Source: Myxococcota bacterium (GTDB lineage: Bacteria > Myxococcota_A > UBA9042 > PHBI01 > JACKFB01). Taken from it: a stretch of 64,000 bases of DNA. Shown here piece by piece: positions 45,982 to 55,622 of the stretch. The position numbers and the translations under genes were made by a program. The notes beneath the pieces were generated by a model. That model saw only the letters and a program-made list of their open reading frames with translations. It did not search any database and had not been told where the DNA came from. The stretch lies in NCBI GenBank assembly GCA_051747385.1, contig JBNJGB010000032.1, forward strand, positions 8,152-72,151, written 5' to 3'. Each line of letters starts with the position of its first letter. Position 1 is the stretch's first letter.

Positions 45982-47091
45982 TCAATGGTGGACGCCGCCG
46001 AACCGCACGTCGCTCAGCTCGTGCTCGCGCAGCTTGGCCCAGAGGGTCTTCCGGGAGATGCCGAGCAGGCGGGCCGCCTCCGTCCTGCGCCCGGAGGTGT
46101 TGCGGAGCGCGCGGAGCAGGTGGGCCCGCTCGAAGCGCTTCGCCGCCTCGCCGAGGGTGGCGATGGGCTGGTCCTCTCCGTCTGCGCGGTCTCTGGGTCG
46201 GCGGGCGTCCCGCACGACCTCGCCCGGCAGGTGGTCCATGAGCAGGGGGCCGCCGTCGGCGAGCACCAGGGCGTGCTCGACCGCGTGGAGCAGCTCTCGC
46301 ACGTTGCCCGGGAAGTGGTAGGCGCCCAGGGTCTCCCAGACGTCCGGGTGCACCTCGGGGAGGGGGCGCCCCGGGCCCAGGAGGCGCCGGGCGAAGTGCT
46401 CCACGAGCTGGGGGATGTCCTCGCGGCGCTCGCGGAGCGCGGGCATGCGGACCTCGAACACCTTGAGGCGGTAGTAGAGATCCAGCCGGAAGCGGCCCGA
46501 CTCCACCAGCTCTCCGAGGGAGCGGTGCGTCGCCGCGATGACGCGGACGTCGACCGGCTGCGGCTCGTCGGCCCCGAGGGGCTCGACCAGGCCGGTCTCC
46601 ACCACGCGCAGGAGCTTCACCTGCGCGTAGGCGGGCATCTCCCCGATCTCGTCGAGCATCAGCGTGCCGCCGTTCGCCGCGCGGAAGCGGCCCGGGCGCC
46701 CCTTGACGGCCCCGGTGAACGCGCCCCGCCGGTGTCCGAACAGCTCCGACTCCAGGAGGGTCTCCGGGAAGGCGGCGCAGTTGATGGCCACGAACGGCGC
46801 CCCGCGCCGGGCGCTGTGGGCGTGGACGAGCCGGCAGGCCAGCTCCTTCCCGGTGCCGCTCTCGCCGTGGATGATCGCCGTGCAGTCGGAGCGGGCGACC
46901 GTGTCCAGGAGCTGCAGCGTCTCCCTCATCACGCGGGAGTCGCCGACGAGGCCCTCGTCCGACACGGCCCGGGGAACGCCTGCCGATCCCTCGGGTGCGG
47001 CGGGGCCGAGGCCGTGGGACGACGGCTCCCGCGCGCACTCCTCCTCGCGAGACCACTCCTTGCGAGAGGTCACGTTTCGGCGCTCGAACAT
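45982..47091 (-). CDS. sigma54-dependent transcriptional activator (AAA+ sigma54-interaction domain plus Fis-type HTH), no receiver domain
   Basis: GESGTGKELAC (Walker A), GAFTGA loop (GAFTGAV), Walker B LMLDEIGEM, C-terminal HTH ...AARLLGISRKTLWAKLREH. Start taken at MFERRNV (47091); 47142 is an alternative. Confidence 0.75.
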   Translation of the reverse strand: MFERRNVTSRKEWSREEECAREPSSHGLGPAAPEGSAGVPRAVSDEGLVGDSRVMRETLQLLDTVARSDCTAIIHGESGTGKELACRLVHAHSARRGAPFVAINCAAFPETLLESELFGHRRGAFTGAVKGRPGRFRAANGGTLMLDEIGEMPAYAQVKLLRVVETGLVEPLGADEPQPVDVRVIAATHRSLGELVESGRFRLDLYYRLKVFEVRMPALRERREDIPQLVEHFARRLLGPGRPLPEVHPDVWETLGAYHFPGNVRELLHAVEHALVLADGGPLLMDHLPGEVVRDARRPRDRADGEDQPIATLGEAAKRFERAHLLRALRNTSGRRTEAARLLGISRKTLWAKLREHELSDVRFGGVHH

Positions 47092-47324
47092 GAGCTTCTC
47101 GTTGGCGCCTTGCGCCTGCGAATTGTGGGGGAACGGAACCATCCTAACGCATCGCGGGCGCCTTACAAGGGACGTCGGGACGATTGTCGCGGGGAGGTAA
47201 CGACAGGGCGTTACGACGGCGGTGGAGGGCGCGCTCGCCGCGGAACGGTTCGATCGCAACCCGTCCGCTCTGCTAGCCTGCGAACGCTCGGTGGGCGCGG
47301 GGGCCGACGCGGAGCGGAGGACGC

Positions 47325-50300
47325 ATGCGGCGCGACGACGGAAGGAGAGCGTGGACGGGCTGGCTCGTGGTGGCGCTGGCCGCCGGGCTCGGAGGGTGCT
47401 CCGACGGCGCGGCGGATCCCACGCTGTCGCCCGTGGCCGAGAGTCCCAGGCCGGCCCTGGACTCGCCGGGTGAGGTCGTCCCGTCCTGCGAGGTGGACGC
47501 CGAGTGTGCCGGGCAGGCCGAGGGGCCCTGCGAGGTCGCCCGCTGCGACGAGGCCGAGGGGGTCTGCGTCGTGGAGGCCGCGCCGGCCGGGACGTCCTGC
47601 GACGACGGGGACGCCTGCACCGGGGCCGACGTGTGCCAGGACGGGCTGTGCGTCGGCGGCGATCCGCTGACGTGCGAGCCCGAGGGGCCGTGCGAGGTGG
47701 CCTCCTGCGATCCGGCCGCGGGGTGTGTCACGGCGCCCGTCGACGACGGCGCGGCTTGCGACGACGGCAACCCGTGCACCGAGGGGGACGCCTGCCAGGA
47801 CGGCGCCTGCGTCGGCGCCACGACCACGTGCGAGTGCGTCGTGGACGACGACTGCGAGGCCTTCGTGGAGGATCACTGCGCGCCCGCCCTCGTGTGCAGC
47901 GAGGGGGAGTGCGTGCCCGGCGACGGCCCGCCCGTGACCTGCGAGGCGCCGGCTGATCCCTGCCTCGAGGCCACCTGCGATCCGGCGACGGGCGAGTGCA
48001 TCCAGGAGCCCGTGGCGGACGGGACGTCCTGTGGCGAGGGCGACGGGTGCGCGGCCGGGGCCACCTGCCAGGGCGGCGCGTGCGTCCTCCCCGAGGGCGT
48101 CTGCGACGACGGGAACCCCTGCACGGAGGACGTCTGCGATCCCGTGAAGGGCTGCGGACACCTCCCGGCGGACGGCGCCTGCGATGACGGCGATCCCTGC
48201 ACCGGCGAGGGGCAGTGCGTCGATGGCGCGTGCGTCGCCGAGCCGATGGGCTGCGAGTGCAGCAACCCCGGCGACTGCACCGGGCCGGGCTTCGATCCGT
48301 GCCTGGGGACGTGGTCCTGCGAGGAGGGGCACTGTGCGCTGCAGCCCGACACCGGCGTGGACTGCTCCGGCGTGGAGACCGGGCCGTGCGAGGCGGCGGC
48401 CTGCGACTCGGAGACCGGCCAGTGCGTCGTGCTCCCCGCGGACGACGGGGCAGCGTGCGACGACGGGGACCCCTGCACCCTCCAGACGACCTGCTCGGGC
48501 GGGACCTGCGGCGGCGGGGTGGACAACACCTGCGACGACGACAACCCGTGCACGAACGACAAGTGCTCGCCCACCAAGGGCTGCCAGCACACGCCGAACA
48601 ACGTCGCCTGCGACGACGGGGACGCCTGCACGGAGGGCGACCACTGCGCGAACGGGGCCTGCGAGCCGGGCGCCCCGGTGGAGTGCGCCGCGCCGGGCAC
48701 GTGCGAGGTGGCCTCCTGTGATCCGGACGCGGGCTGCGTCGTGTCCCAGGCGCCCGACGGGGAACCCTGCGACGACGGGGACGCGTGCACGGACGGCGAC
48801 CAGTGCACGGACGGCGTCTGCGAGGGCACCCCGACGGACTGCGACGACGGCGACGCCTGCACGACCGATTCGTGCGACCCGGCGTCCGGGTGCGCCCACG
48901 AGCCGATCACCTGCTCCGGCGATCCCGGCCAGTGCGAGGTGTCGGCGTGCGATCCGGCCACGGGCGAGTGCGTCGTCGAGCCCGCACCGGGCGGCACGGC
49001 GTGCGACGACGGGGACGCGTGCACGGAGGGCGATCAGTGTGTCGACGGCGCGTGCGAGGGCGCCCCGCTGGACTGTGACGACGGCGACGTCTGCACGGCC
49101 GACGCCTGCGTGGACGGCGCGTGCACCCACGAGGACATCGAGGACTGCGTCGATCCGTGCGAGGGCGTCGTCCCCGGCGGGATCTGCGATGACGGCGACC
49201 CGGCCACGGTCGCCGACATGTGCCTGGGTGGCCAGTGCGCCGGCTTCGCGAAGCATGTCCAGACCGGGATCCCGGACGCGCCCTCCGTGGCGCTCCGGAA
49301 GGTCGACCACTCCTTCGGGCGGTGGTTCGTCGCCGCGCGCATCGAGGGGGGCCTGGTCCCCGAGCCGAGCGCCATCCTCGGGACGTGGAACGAGGAGGGG
49401 GTGATGGAGCCCTACCTTGACACGGTCGTGCTTCAAGGCGAGTACCTGGACCTCGGGTTCGGCTTCGCCGCGGAGGCGGCCGGCGCGGTCTGGGTGTTCC
49501 GCCCCGACGGCGGCTCGGGGTCCTGGCACTCCACCACCGGGCTGCAGTCCGCGCTCGAGGACTCGGACTCCGGCATCCCGAACGCGCTCTGGGCCACCGG
49601 CGAGCCGGTCCCGGGCACGAGCCCGAGCCTCTGGGTGGCCGGCGAGGACTGGGACGAGGATCCCTGGGTGAGGCGCTGCCTGCTCGACGTCGAGGCGGAC
49701 GAGGTGAAGGCGTCCTGCCACGGCGAGACCACGGAGGCCGTCGACGACACCGTCTTCCGTGCGCTGACCGGCGAGCCGTGCTCGGGCGACGGGTGCGGGC
49801 CGGTCGTGCTGTGCGGCGACAACCCGGACTACTCGCCGATCGGGCCGACCCAGTACTACAACGACACGTTCGAGCGGCAGGAGTCCGGTAGTTGGATCTA
49901 CTCCTTCATCGACAAGGGAGCCTCGCCCAGCCGCACCCGCGACGTCGTCTCCCTCGGCGGCGGGCGATACCTCGCCGTCGGCACGGCCGGCTACTTCCGC
50001 TATCGGGACGCGGACGGCGACTGGTCGCAGAACCTCATCTTCGCCGGGGGCCAGAGCTGGTGGCAGATGCAGGCCGCCCGGGTCGAGGGGGGGGCGGTCG
50101 TCGTCGTGGGATGGCGGGAGCAGATGGGCGGCAGCCGCAGCATGACGATCTGGACCATGCCCGCGGATTCGGACCCGGGGCAGGCCGGCTCGTGGACCAT
50201 GTACCCGCTCGACGGGGTGTCCGGCGCCGGCAACGGCCTGTTCGACGTCTCCTCCGACGGCGCCGGGACGGTGCGCGCCGTCGGCAGCCGCACGGCGGAG

Positions 50301-50360
50301 GACGGCTCGGCGAGCGAGGGGATCGTCTACACGCGGACGGCGCCTAGCCCCGCTCCTTGA
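47325..50360 (+). CDS. large secreted lipoprotein with more than 20 Myxococcus-type cysteine-rich repeats (C-x-DG/DD-x-x-C-T) and a C-terminal globular domain
   Basis: 1011 aa. Signal plus lipobox (LAAGLGGC). Repeats such as CDDGDACTGADVCQDGLCVGG, CDDGNPCTEGDACQDGACVG and CDDGDPCTGEGQCVDGACV run over about 600 aa. Confidence 0.8.
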   Translation: MRRDDGRRAWTGWLVVALAAGLGGCSDGAADPTLSPVAESPRPALDSPGEVVPSCEVDAECAGQAEGPCEVARCDEAEGVCVVEAAPAGTSCDDGDACTGADVCQDGLCVGGDPLTCEPEGPCEVASCDPAAGCVTAPVDDGAACDDGNPCTEGDACQDGACVGATTTCECVVDDDCEAFVEDHCAPALVCSEGECVPGDGPPVTCEAPADPCLEATCDPATGECIQEPVADGTSCGEGDGCAAGATCQGGACVLPEGVCDDGNPCTEDVCDPVKGCGHLPADGACDDGDPCTGEGQCVDGACVAEPMGCECSNPGDCTGPGFDPCLGTWSCEEGHCALQPDTGVDCSGVETGPCEAAACDSETGQCVVLPADDGAACDDGDPCTLQTTCSGGTCGGGVDNTCDDDNPCTNDKCSPTKGCQHTPNNVACDDGDACTEGDHCANGACEPGAPVECAAPGTCEVASCDPDAGCVVSQAPDGEPCDDGDACTDGDQCTDGVCEGTPTDCDDGDACTTDSCDPASGCAHEPITCSGDPGQCEVSACDPATGECVVEPAPGGTACDDGDACTEGDQCVDGACEGAPLDCDDGDVCTADACVDGACTHEDIEDCVDPCEGVVPGGICDDGDPATVADMCLGGQCAGFAKHVQTGIPDAPSVALRKVDHSFGRWFVAARIEGGLVPEPSAILGTWNEEGVMEPYLDTVVLQGEYLDLGFGFAAEAAGAVWVFRPDGGSGSWHSTTGLQSALEDSDSGIPNALWATGEPVPGTSPSLWVAGEDWDEDPWVRRCLLDVEADEVKASCHGETTEAVDDTVFRALTGEPCSGDGCGPVVLCGDNPDYSPIGPTQYYNDTFERQESGSWIYSFIDKGASPSRTRDVVSLGGGRYLAVGTAGYFRYRDADGDWSQNLIFAGGQSWWQMQAARVEGGAVVVVGWREQMGGSRSMTIWTMPADSDPGQAGSWTMYPLDGVSGAGNGLFDVSSDGAGTVRAVGSRTAEDGSASEGIVYTRTAPSPAP

Positions 50361-52200
50361 GGCGCCGGCGCAGGTCCGACACGAGGGCCATGTCGGCGCC
50401 GTGGGCGGCGAGGGCGTCCACCTCGGCGGAGGCGGCGTCCGGCCGGTCGAGGCGCAGGAACGCCAGGACCAGGTTCAGGCGCCAGTCGATCTGGTCCGGG
50501 GCGGCCTCCAGGGCGTCGCGCCAGTCCACGGCGGCCTGCTCGGTGCGACCGGCGTCCATGTGGAGGCCGGCCCGGATGGCCCGGAGGTGGGGGTAGCGGG
50601 GCATCCGATCCAGGGCGTCGTCGCAGAGCGCCACGGCCTCGTCGCCGCGTCCCACGCGCTGGAGGTGCAAGGCCAGGCTCCCCAGGGCCGCCGGGTGCCG
50701 GGGCTCCAGCTCCAGGCAGCGGCGGAGGAGGCGCTCCCCCTCTTCGAACCCGCCCGCGCGCAGGTGGTCGAGCGCCGCGCGATAGGGCCCGTGGTGATAC
50801 CCGGCCAGGGAGAGCAGCCCGAAGCCGTCGCGCTGCGGGTCGCCCTCGTGGATGGTGTCGTCCAGGAGGTTGCCCAGCCAGGAGCCGGCGGGAAGCTGGG
50901 TGGCCTGGACCACGGCGACGGCCCCCTCCCCATCGCCCGCCAGCCAGGCGGCCAGCGCGAGGTTCGCCTGCGCCGCGGCGTCCGCGTCGGCGGCCTCGGC
51001 GGCCTCCTCGGCCCGCCGGCGCGCCGCGTCCAGGTCCCCCGCGGCGGCGTCCAGGTACGCGAGCTGGCCGACCGCACCCGGCGACGGGGGATCCGCGTCC
51101 GCGGCCTTCCGGTAGTGCGAGCGGGCCGCGTCCACGTCGCCGCGAAGCTCCTCGGTCAGGCCCCGCCAGGTCGACAGGCGCGACGAGGTCCCACGGACGG
51201 CCTCCGCCCGGTCGAGCAGGGCGTCCAGCTCGCTCGGGCCGCCGTCCACGACCAGGTGATGCACGATCTCCCGGACGGCGTCGTCGTCGAGGTCGGCCAT
51301 CGCCGCCTCCACCTCGTCCCAGGCACCCCGGAGGGCGGCGTCGAGCGTCGGCTGGGCGGCGGCGCCCACGGGCACGCCGCGGCCGTGGGCGTGGCACGGG
51401 AGGTGGAGGTCGACGGCGAACAGGCTGGTGGCAGCGCCGGACGTCCCGGCCGCCTCCTGGAGCAGGGCCACGCGATCGACGCCCAGGACCTCGGGGGCGT
51501 CCCAGCCGGACTCCTGGAGGGCCGCGACGTCGTCGTCGGTCGTGGGGAGGCGGAAGGCGCCCACGACGTGGGTGGCCGCGGGCGGACCCGGGAGGTGCGC
51601 CACCGGGACGGCGACGCCAAGGAGGACGCGCAGGCCCTCCTCCTCGCCGATCACCTCCAGGACGTCCGGGTCGCGCTGCAGTCGACGGACCTGCAAGCGG
51701 CCGACCTCGACGCCCTCGTCCAGGTCGCCTTGGGGGGCCTTCGACGGCTCGCCCGCTCCGTCCAGGCCCACCTCCGCCGCCAGTCGATCTCCGTCGTGCG
51801 GCGCGAGCGGGGTGGAGGACGAGTCGGTGCGCCACGGGGGCAGGTGGACCCGGAGGACCTCTCCGTCCCCGCAGGCGATCAGGGCGCCGGACGGGCCGAC
51901 GCGGACCGGGCCGCCGGGGCGGACGTGGGGATCGTGGCGGCGGAGGACGTCGAGGAGGTCCTCGCGCTCCAGCACCGCGTCCAGGTCGGGGACGGCCGGC
52001 GCATACGGCGAGCCGACGTCGGCGAACGGGAAGGGCCTCTCCCGCTCCACGAAGGCGTCCCGAAGTTGGAGGACCCCCTTCCGGCTCAGGGTCTGGCGGC
52101 TCCGCCACAGGCGATCGAGGTCCTCGTCGCCGACGTCCGCCCACGGCGAGGGCTTCGGGTCCTGCGAGAACAGCTTTCGGACCAGGTCGCCGATGCCCAC
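50344..52200 (-). CDS. TPR-repeat protein
   Basis: 618 aa from a GTG start (GGAGGTG RBS). The C-terminal half shows repeated A/L/W-rich 34-residue-like units (AAQANLALAAWLAGDGEGA..., YRAALDHLRAGGFEEGERLLRRCLELEP...). Convergent 17-nt overlap with the upstream gene. Confidence 0.65.
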   Translation of the reverse strand: MGIGDLVRKLFSQDPKPSPWADVGDEDLDRLWRSRQTLSRKGVLQLRDAFVERERPFPFADVGSPYAPAVPDLDAVLEREDLLDVLRRHDPHVRPGGPVRVGPSGALIACGDGEVLRVHLPPWRTDSSSTPLAPHDGDRLAAEVGLDGAGEPSKAPQGDLDEGVEVGRLQVRRLQRDPDVLEVIGEEEGLRVLLGVAVPVAHLPGPPAATHVVGAFRLPTTDDDVAALQESGWDAPEVLGVDRVALLQEAAGTSGAATSLFAVDLHLPCHAHGRGVPVGAAAQPTLDAALRGAWDEVEAAMADLDDDAVREIVHHLVVDGGPSELDALLDRAEAVRGTSSRLSTWRGLTEELRGDVDAARSHYRKAADADPPSPGAVGQLAYLDAAAGDLDAARRRAEEAAEAADADAAAQANLALAAWLAGDGEGAVAVVQATQLPAGSWLGNLLDDTIHEGDPQRDGFGLLSLAGYHHGPYRAALDHLRAGGFEEGERLLRRCLELEPRHPAALGSLALHLQRVGRGDEAVALCDDALDRMPRYPHLRAIRAGLHMDAGRTEQAAVDWRDALEAAPDQIDWRLNLVLAFLRLDRPDAASAEVDALAAHGADMALVSDLRRRLKERG

Positions 52201-52346
52201 CGCGCACCTCCAGGCTGGGGATCGGCGGGAAGCTAGGACGTGCCCGGCCGGCCGTCAATGCGGTGTGCGGCCCCGCGAACCCGCGCTTGCGTCGGGAGGG
52301 CTCGCCGACCATCCTTGGCGCGCTCCGACGGCGAGGAGGTGGACGG

Positions 52347-54062
52347 ATGCGACTGGACGGCGGATTTCGACGAGGTGGACTCCACATGGCGCTGGCCATG
52401 CTGGGGGCCGTGGCGCTGGTGGCCTGCAGCTCCGACGATGGAGACAGCGAGGGAGCCGGGGACGCGGCGCCCGACGCGGTGGAGGACACGGCCGAGCCCC
52501 TCGACGCGGATGGCGACACGCCTGCCCCCGACGCCGCCGATCCGGACGCGGATGACGCGGACGACGTGTTCGTGGATCCGAACGCCGTCCTCCAGCCGGC
52601 CGAGGGCGAGGTGAACTTCGCCACGGCGGCCGACGGCTGGTACCGGGGCGACCTGCACTATCACACCGACTACAGCGACGACGCGCGGGAGCAGGGGGGC
52701 GATCCCCTGGCCATGTGCCTCGAGATCGCGGACGCGTTCCGGGATCCGGTCTTCGTGGACAAGCACCCCGAGCTCGCCGGCAACGGGCTGGACTTCATCG
52801 CCATCACCGACCACCGCACCGCCGCCGCCCTGGAGGACCCGGACTTCGGGCACGATCACCTCATCGTCATCCCGGGCGAGGAGTACGGCGGCTCGGGACA
52901 CGCCAACATCTTCGGCATCAAGGAGTTCATCACCCACGAGCCCGCCGACGGGCAGTCCCAGGCCGATCGGCAGCGCGACGCCATCGAGGAGGCCCACGGC
53001 ATGGGGGCGTTCTTCTCCATCAACCACCCGATGGACGGGAACAACTGGCCCTACGACACGCCGGACATCGACGGCATCGAGGTCTGGAACGGCCCGTGGG
53101 CCGGCTTCAACATGGGCACCAGCGACGAGGATCTCGAGGACTCCATCGCCGGAGCGGGGGAGGAGAACCCGTTCATCCGTGACGCCCAGACGGCCGGTGG
53201 GGGAAACAACGGCAAGGCCCTGCGGCTGTGGCGCAATCACCTGACGGCCGGCATCCACGTCGCGGTCATCGGCGGGAGCGATCGACACATGCTCGTGCCG
53301 GCCGGCCTGCCCACCACCTACGTCCGGCGCCCGTCGGACGCGGAGTTCGACGGACTGGAAGGCCCCGATCTCGGCTGGGAGGGGGTCGTCGCCGGGTTCC
53401 ACGAGGGCGGGACCTTCATCAGCCGCTCGACGTTCGGGCCGCAGGTGGACCTGGAGGCCGTCGACGGCGAGGGGCAGAGCTACGGGATGGGGGCCGCGCT
53501 TCCCCACGGCGGGACGTGGACCGTTCGCGTCCGCGTCAGCCGGGCCGTCGGGGGCGTGCTGAGGCTCGTGGCCGGTCCGCGAAAGCCCGCGGAGACCGAC
53601 GGGACGTACCGCGCGGAGCCCGAGGTGATCTTCGAGGAGGCCATCCACCACGACCTCGTGGAGGGCGAGGTGACCTGGGAGGTCCCCGCCGCCGGCGGGT
53701 GGCTGCACGCCGTCGTGCTGGACGATCTCCGGCCCGATCCGCTCCCCGAGGGCCCCGTCCAGGACGCCTACGACAGCTTCCAGGAGCAGGTCTCGGAGGA
53801 CGCCCTCAAGCTGATCGGGCAGGTCCTCATCCCCCTGGCCGACCGGGACGTGGTGTTCGCGCCGAGCGAGTGTGACCCGGACGAGTGGGAGCCGTGGCAG
53901 CTCGAGTGCATGCCGGTGGACGACTATCCGCCGCTCCCCACGTTCTACGTTCCGGACCGGATCGACCGGCTGCTGCACATCTTCTTCGACGACGACGGTG
54001 AGTCCACCGAGTTCGCCATGGGCGCCATCACGTCCGCCTTCATGGCGCCGCCCGAGGAGTAG
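52347..54062 (+). CDS. PHP-domain (CehA/McbA-like) metallohydrolase lipoprotein
   Basis: From MRLDGGFRRGGLHMALAMLGAVALVAC (GAGGAGGTG RBS 5 nt upstream). D-rich linker, then PHP His motifs (YRGDLHYHTDYSDD, IAITDHR, GGSDRHM). Paralog of 11575..14280. Confidence 0.7.
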   Translation: MRLDGGFRRGGLHMALAMLGAVALVACSSDDGDSEGAGDAAPDAVEDTAEPLDADGDTPAPDAADPDADDADDVFVDPNAVLQPAEGEVNFATAADGWYRGDLHYHTDYSDDAREQGGDPLAMCLEIADAFRDPVFVDKHPELAGNGLDFIAITDHRTAAALEDPDFGHDHLIVIPGEEYGGSGHANIFGIKEFITHEPADGQSQADRQRDAIEEAHGMGAFFSINHPMDGNNWPYDTPDIDGIEVWNGPWAGFNMGTSDEDLEDSIAGAGEENPFIRDAQTAGGGNNGKALRLWRNHLTAGIHVAVIGGSDRHMLVPAGLPTTYVRRPSDAEFDGLEGPDLGWEGVVAGFHEGGTFISRSTFGPQVDLEAVDGEGQSYGMGAALPHGGTWTVRVRVSRAVGGVLRLVAGPRKPAETDGTYRAEPEVIFEEAIHHDLVEGEVTWEVPAAGGWLHAVVLDDLRPDPLPEGPVQDAYDSFQEQVSEDALKLIGQVLIPLADRDVVFAPSECDPDEWEPWQLECMPVDDYPPLPTFYVPDRIDRLLHIFFDDDGESTEFAMGAITSAFMAPPEE

Positions 54063-54090
54063 CGGGGCGGATCCGGCCCGGAGGAGTCCC

Positions 54091-55056
54091 TTGGCTACGG
54101 ACGAGCAGCCGGCGCGCCCCGGCGAGGCGCTCATCGCGGTGCGGGCCAGCCTCGCCGTCGGCGTGGCCGTCCTCGCGCTCAAGATCGTCGCGTACCTCCT
54201 GACGGGGTCCATCGCGCTCTACTCGGACGCCCTGGAGTCGGTGGTCAACGTGGTGGCCGCCGGCGCCGCCTGGGTCGCCCTGAAGGTGTCGGCCCGTCCG
54301 CCGGACGCGGAGCACCCGTTCGGGCACAGCAAGGCCGAGTACTTCTCGGCCGTCTTCGAGGGCGTGCTCATCGTCGTGGCGGCGGTGTCCATCGTGCAGT
54401 CCGCCTGGGAGCGCCTCCACGATCCCCTCCCCCTGAGCAGCCTGGGCTGGGGCGTGGGCCTGTCCGTGATCGCGTCCGTGGGAAACGGCGGCCTCGGCGC
54501 CTGGCTGATCCGGAAGGGGCGAAAGCTCCACTCTCCGGCGCTCGTCGCGGACGGCAAGCACCTGTGGACGGACGTGGTGACGACCGTCGGGGTCCTGGGT
54601 GGCATCGCCGTGGCGTCCGTGACCGAGTGGTGGATCCTCGATCCCGTCCTGGCCATCGTCGTCGCCGTGAACATCATCTGGACCGGCTGGGGGCTGGTGC
54701 GGGAGTCCGTCGGTGGCCTCATGGACGAGGCCATCCCGGACGACGAGCTGGAGAGCATCCGCGAGGCCCTCTCGGAGCACATGGGCCGCGCGCTGCAGGC
54801 CCACGACCTGAAGACCCGGCGCGCGGCGCGGCACACCTTCGTCCAGTTCCACCTGGTGGTGCCCGCCGACATGCCGGTCGCCGAGGCCCACGACATCTGC
54901 GACGACCTCGAGGAGGCCCTGGGGGATCTCTTCCCGGAGGTCCACGTGACCATCCACATCGAGCCGGAGGCCGAGGCCGAGCCCAGCCCGTTCGTCATGG
55001 GCCGCCCCTGCGCCCTCCGCCCCACGGGCATCGCCCCCAAGCGCCGCTCGGGCTGA
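54091..55056 (+). CDS. cation diffusion facilitator (CDF) family metal efflux transporter
   Basis: TTG start (GGAGGAG RBS). LKIVAYLLTGSIALYSDALESVVNVV, GHSKAEYF, six TM, and a C-terminal cytoplasmic domain (TIHIEP). Confidence 0.8.
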   Translation: MATDEQPARPGEALIAVRASLAVGVAVLALKIVAYLLTGSIALYSDALESVVNVVAAGAAWVALKVSARPPDAEHPFGHSKAEYFSAVFEGVLIVVAAVSIVQSAWERLHDPLPLSSLGWGVGLSVIASVGNGGLGAWLIRKGRKLHSPALVADGKHLWTDVVTTVGVLGGIAVASVTEWWILDPVLAIVVAVNIIWTGWGLVRESVGGLMDEAIPDDELESIREALSEHMGRALQAHDLKTRRAARHTFVQFHLVVPADMPVAEAHDICDDLEEALGDLFPEVHVTIHIEPEAEAEPSPFVMGRPCALRPTGIAPKRRSG

Positions 55057-55074
55057 CTCATGGACCGGCGAGGG

Positions 55075-55533
55075 CTACTCCGCCGCGCGCGCCTCGAGCT
55101 CGCTCACGGGCGGCACCTTCAGGTCCCGGTGGTCGGCGTACATGCAGCGGTCCTGCACGACGTCGAGGCCGGCCTTGGTGAGGGCGCTCGCGATCTGGTC
55201 GTGGCGGATGCCCTTCTGGAACCAGATGACTCCGGGCTTGGGCCGCAGGGTGAGGAACTCCTCCAGGTGGTCCGGAAGGTGCTTGGCGCCGCGGAACACG
55301 TCCACCACGTCGACCGGCTCGTCGATGTCCTTCAGGCTCTCGCGGACCGTCTCGCCCCAGAGCGTCTTCCCGGCGTGCCCCGGGTTCACCGGGATGATGC
55401 GGATGCCCTGCTCGTGGAGATAGTCGGGCACGTAGAACGCAGGCCGCTCCCGGTCGGGGTGTGCCCCGAGCACGGCGACGACGCGCGCCTGCTCCAGCAC
55501 GGATCGGATCTCGTCGTCGGTGGTCAGCTCCAT
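55075..55533 (-). CDS. CoA-binding domain protein (YccU-like)
   Basis: 152 aa from MELTTDDEIRSVLEQARVVAVLGAHPDRERPAFYVPDYLHEQGIRIIPVNP. GAGGAGGAGAG RBS. The rest of the 803-aa ORF is junk. Confidence 0.75.
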   Translation of the reverse strand: MELTTDDEIRSVLEQARVVAVLGAHPDRERPAFYVPDYLHEQGIRIIPVNPGHAGKTLWGETVRESLKDIDEPVDVVDVFRGAKHLPDHLEEFLTLRPKPGVIWFQKGIRHDQIASALTKAGLDVVQDRCMYADHRDLKVPPVSELEARAAE

Positions 55534-55622
55534 GGCGCTCTCCTCCTCTGGTGCGTTCTGCGGGGGCGCCTCGGCGGCGACCGCCGCAGCCGAGCGGTGC
55601 AATCGTAGTGCCAGGGACAGGG

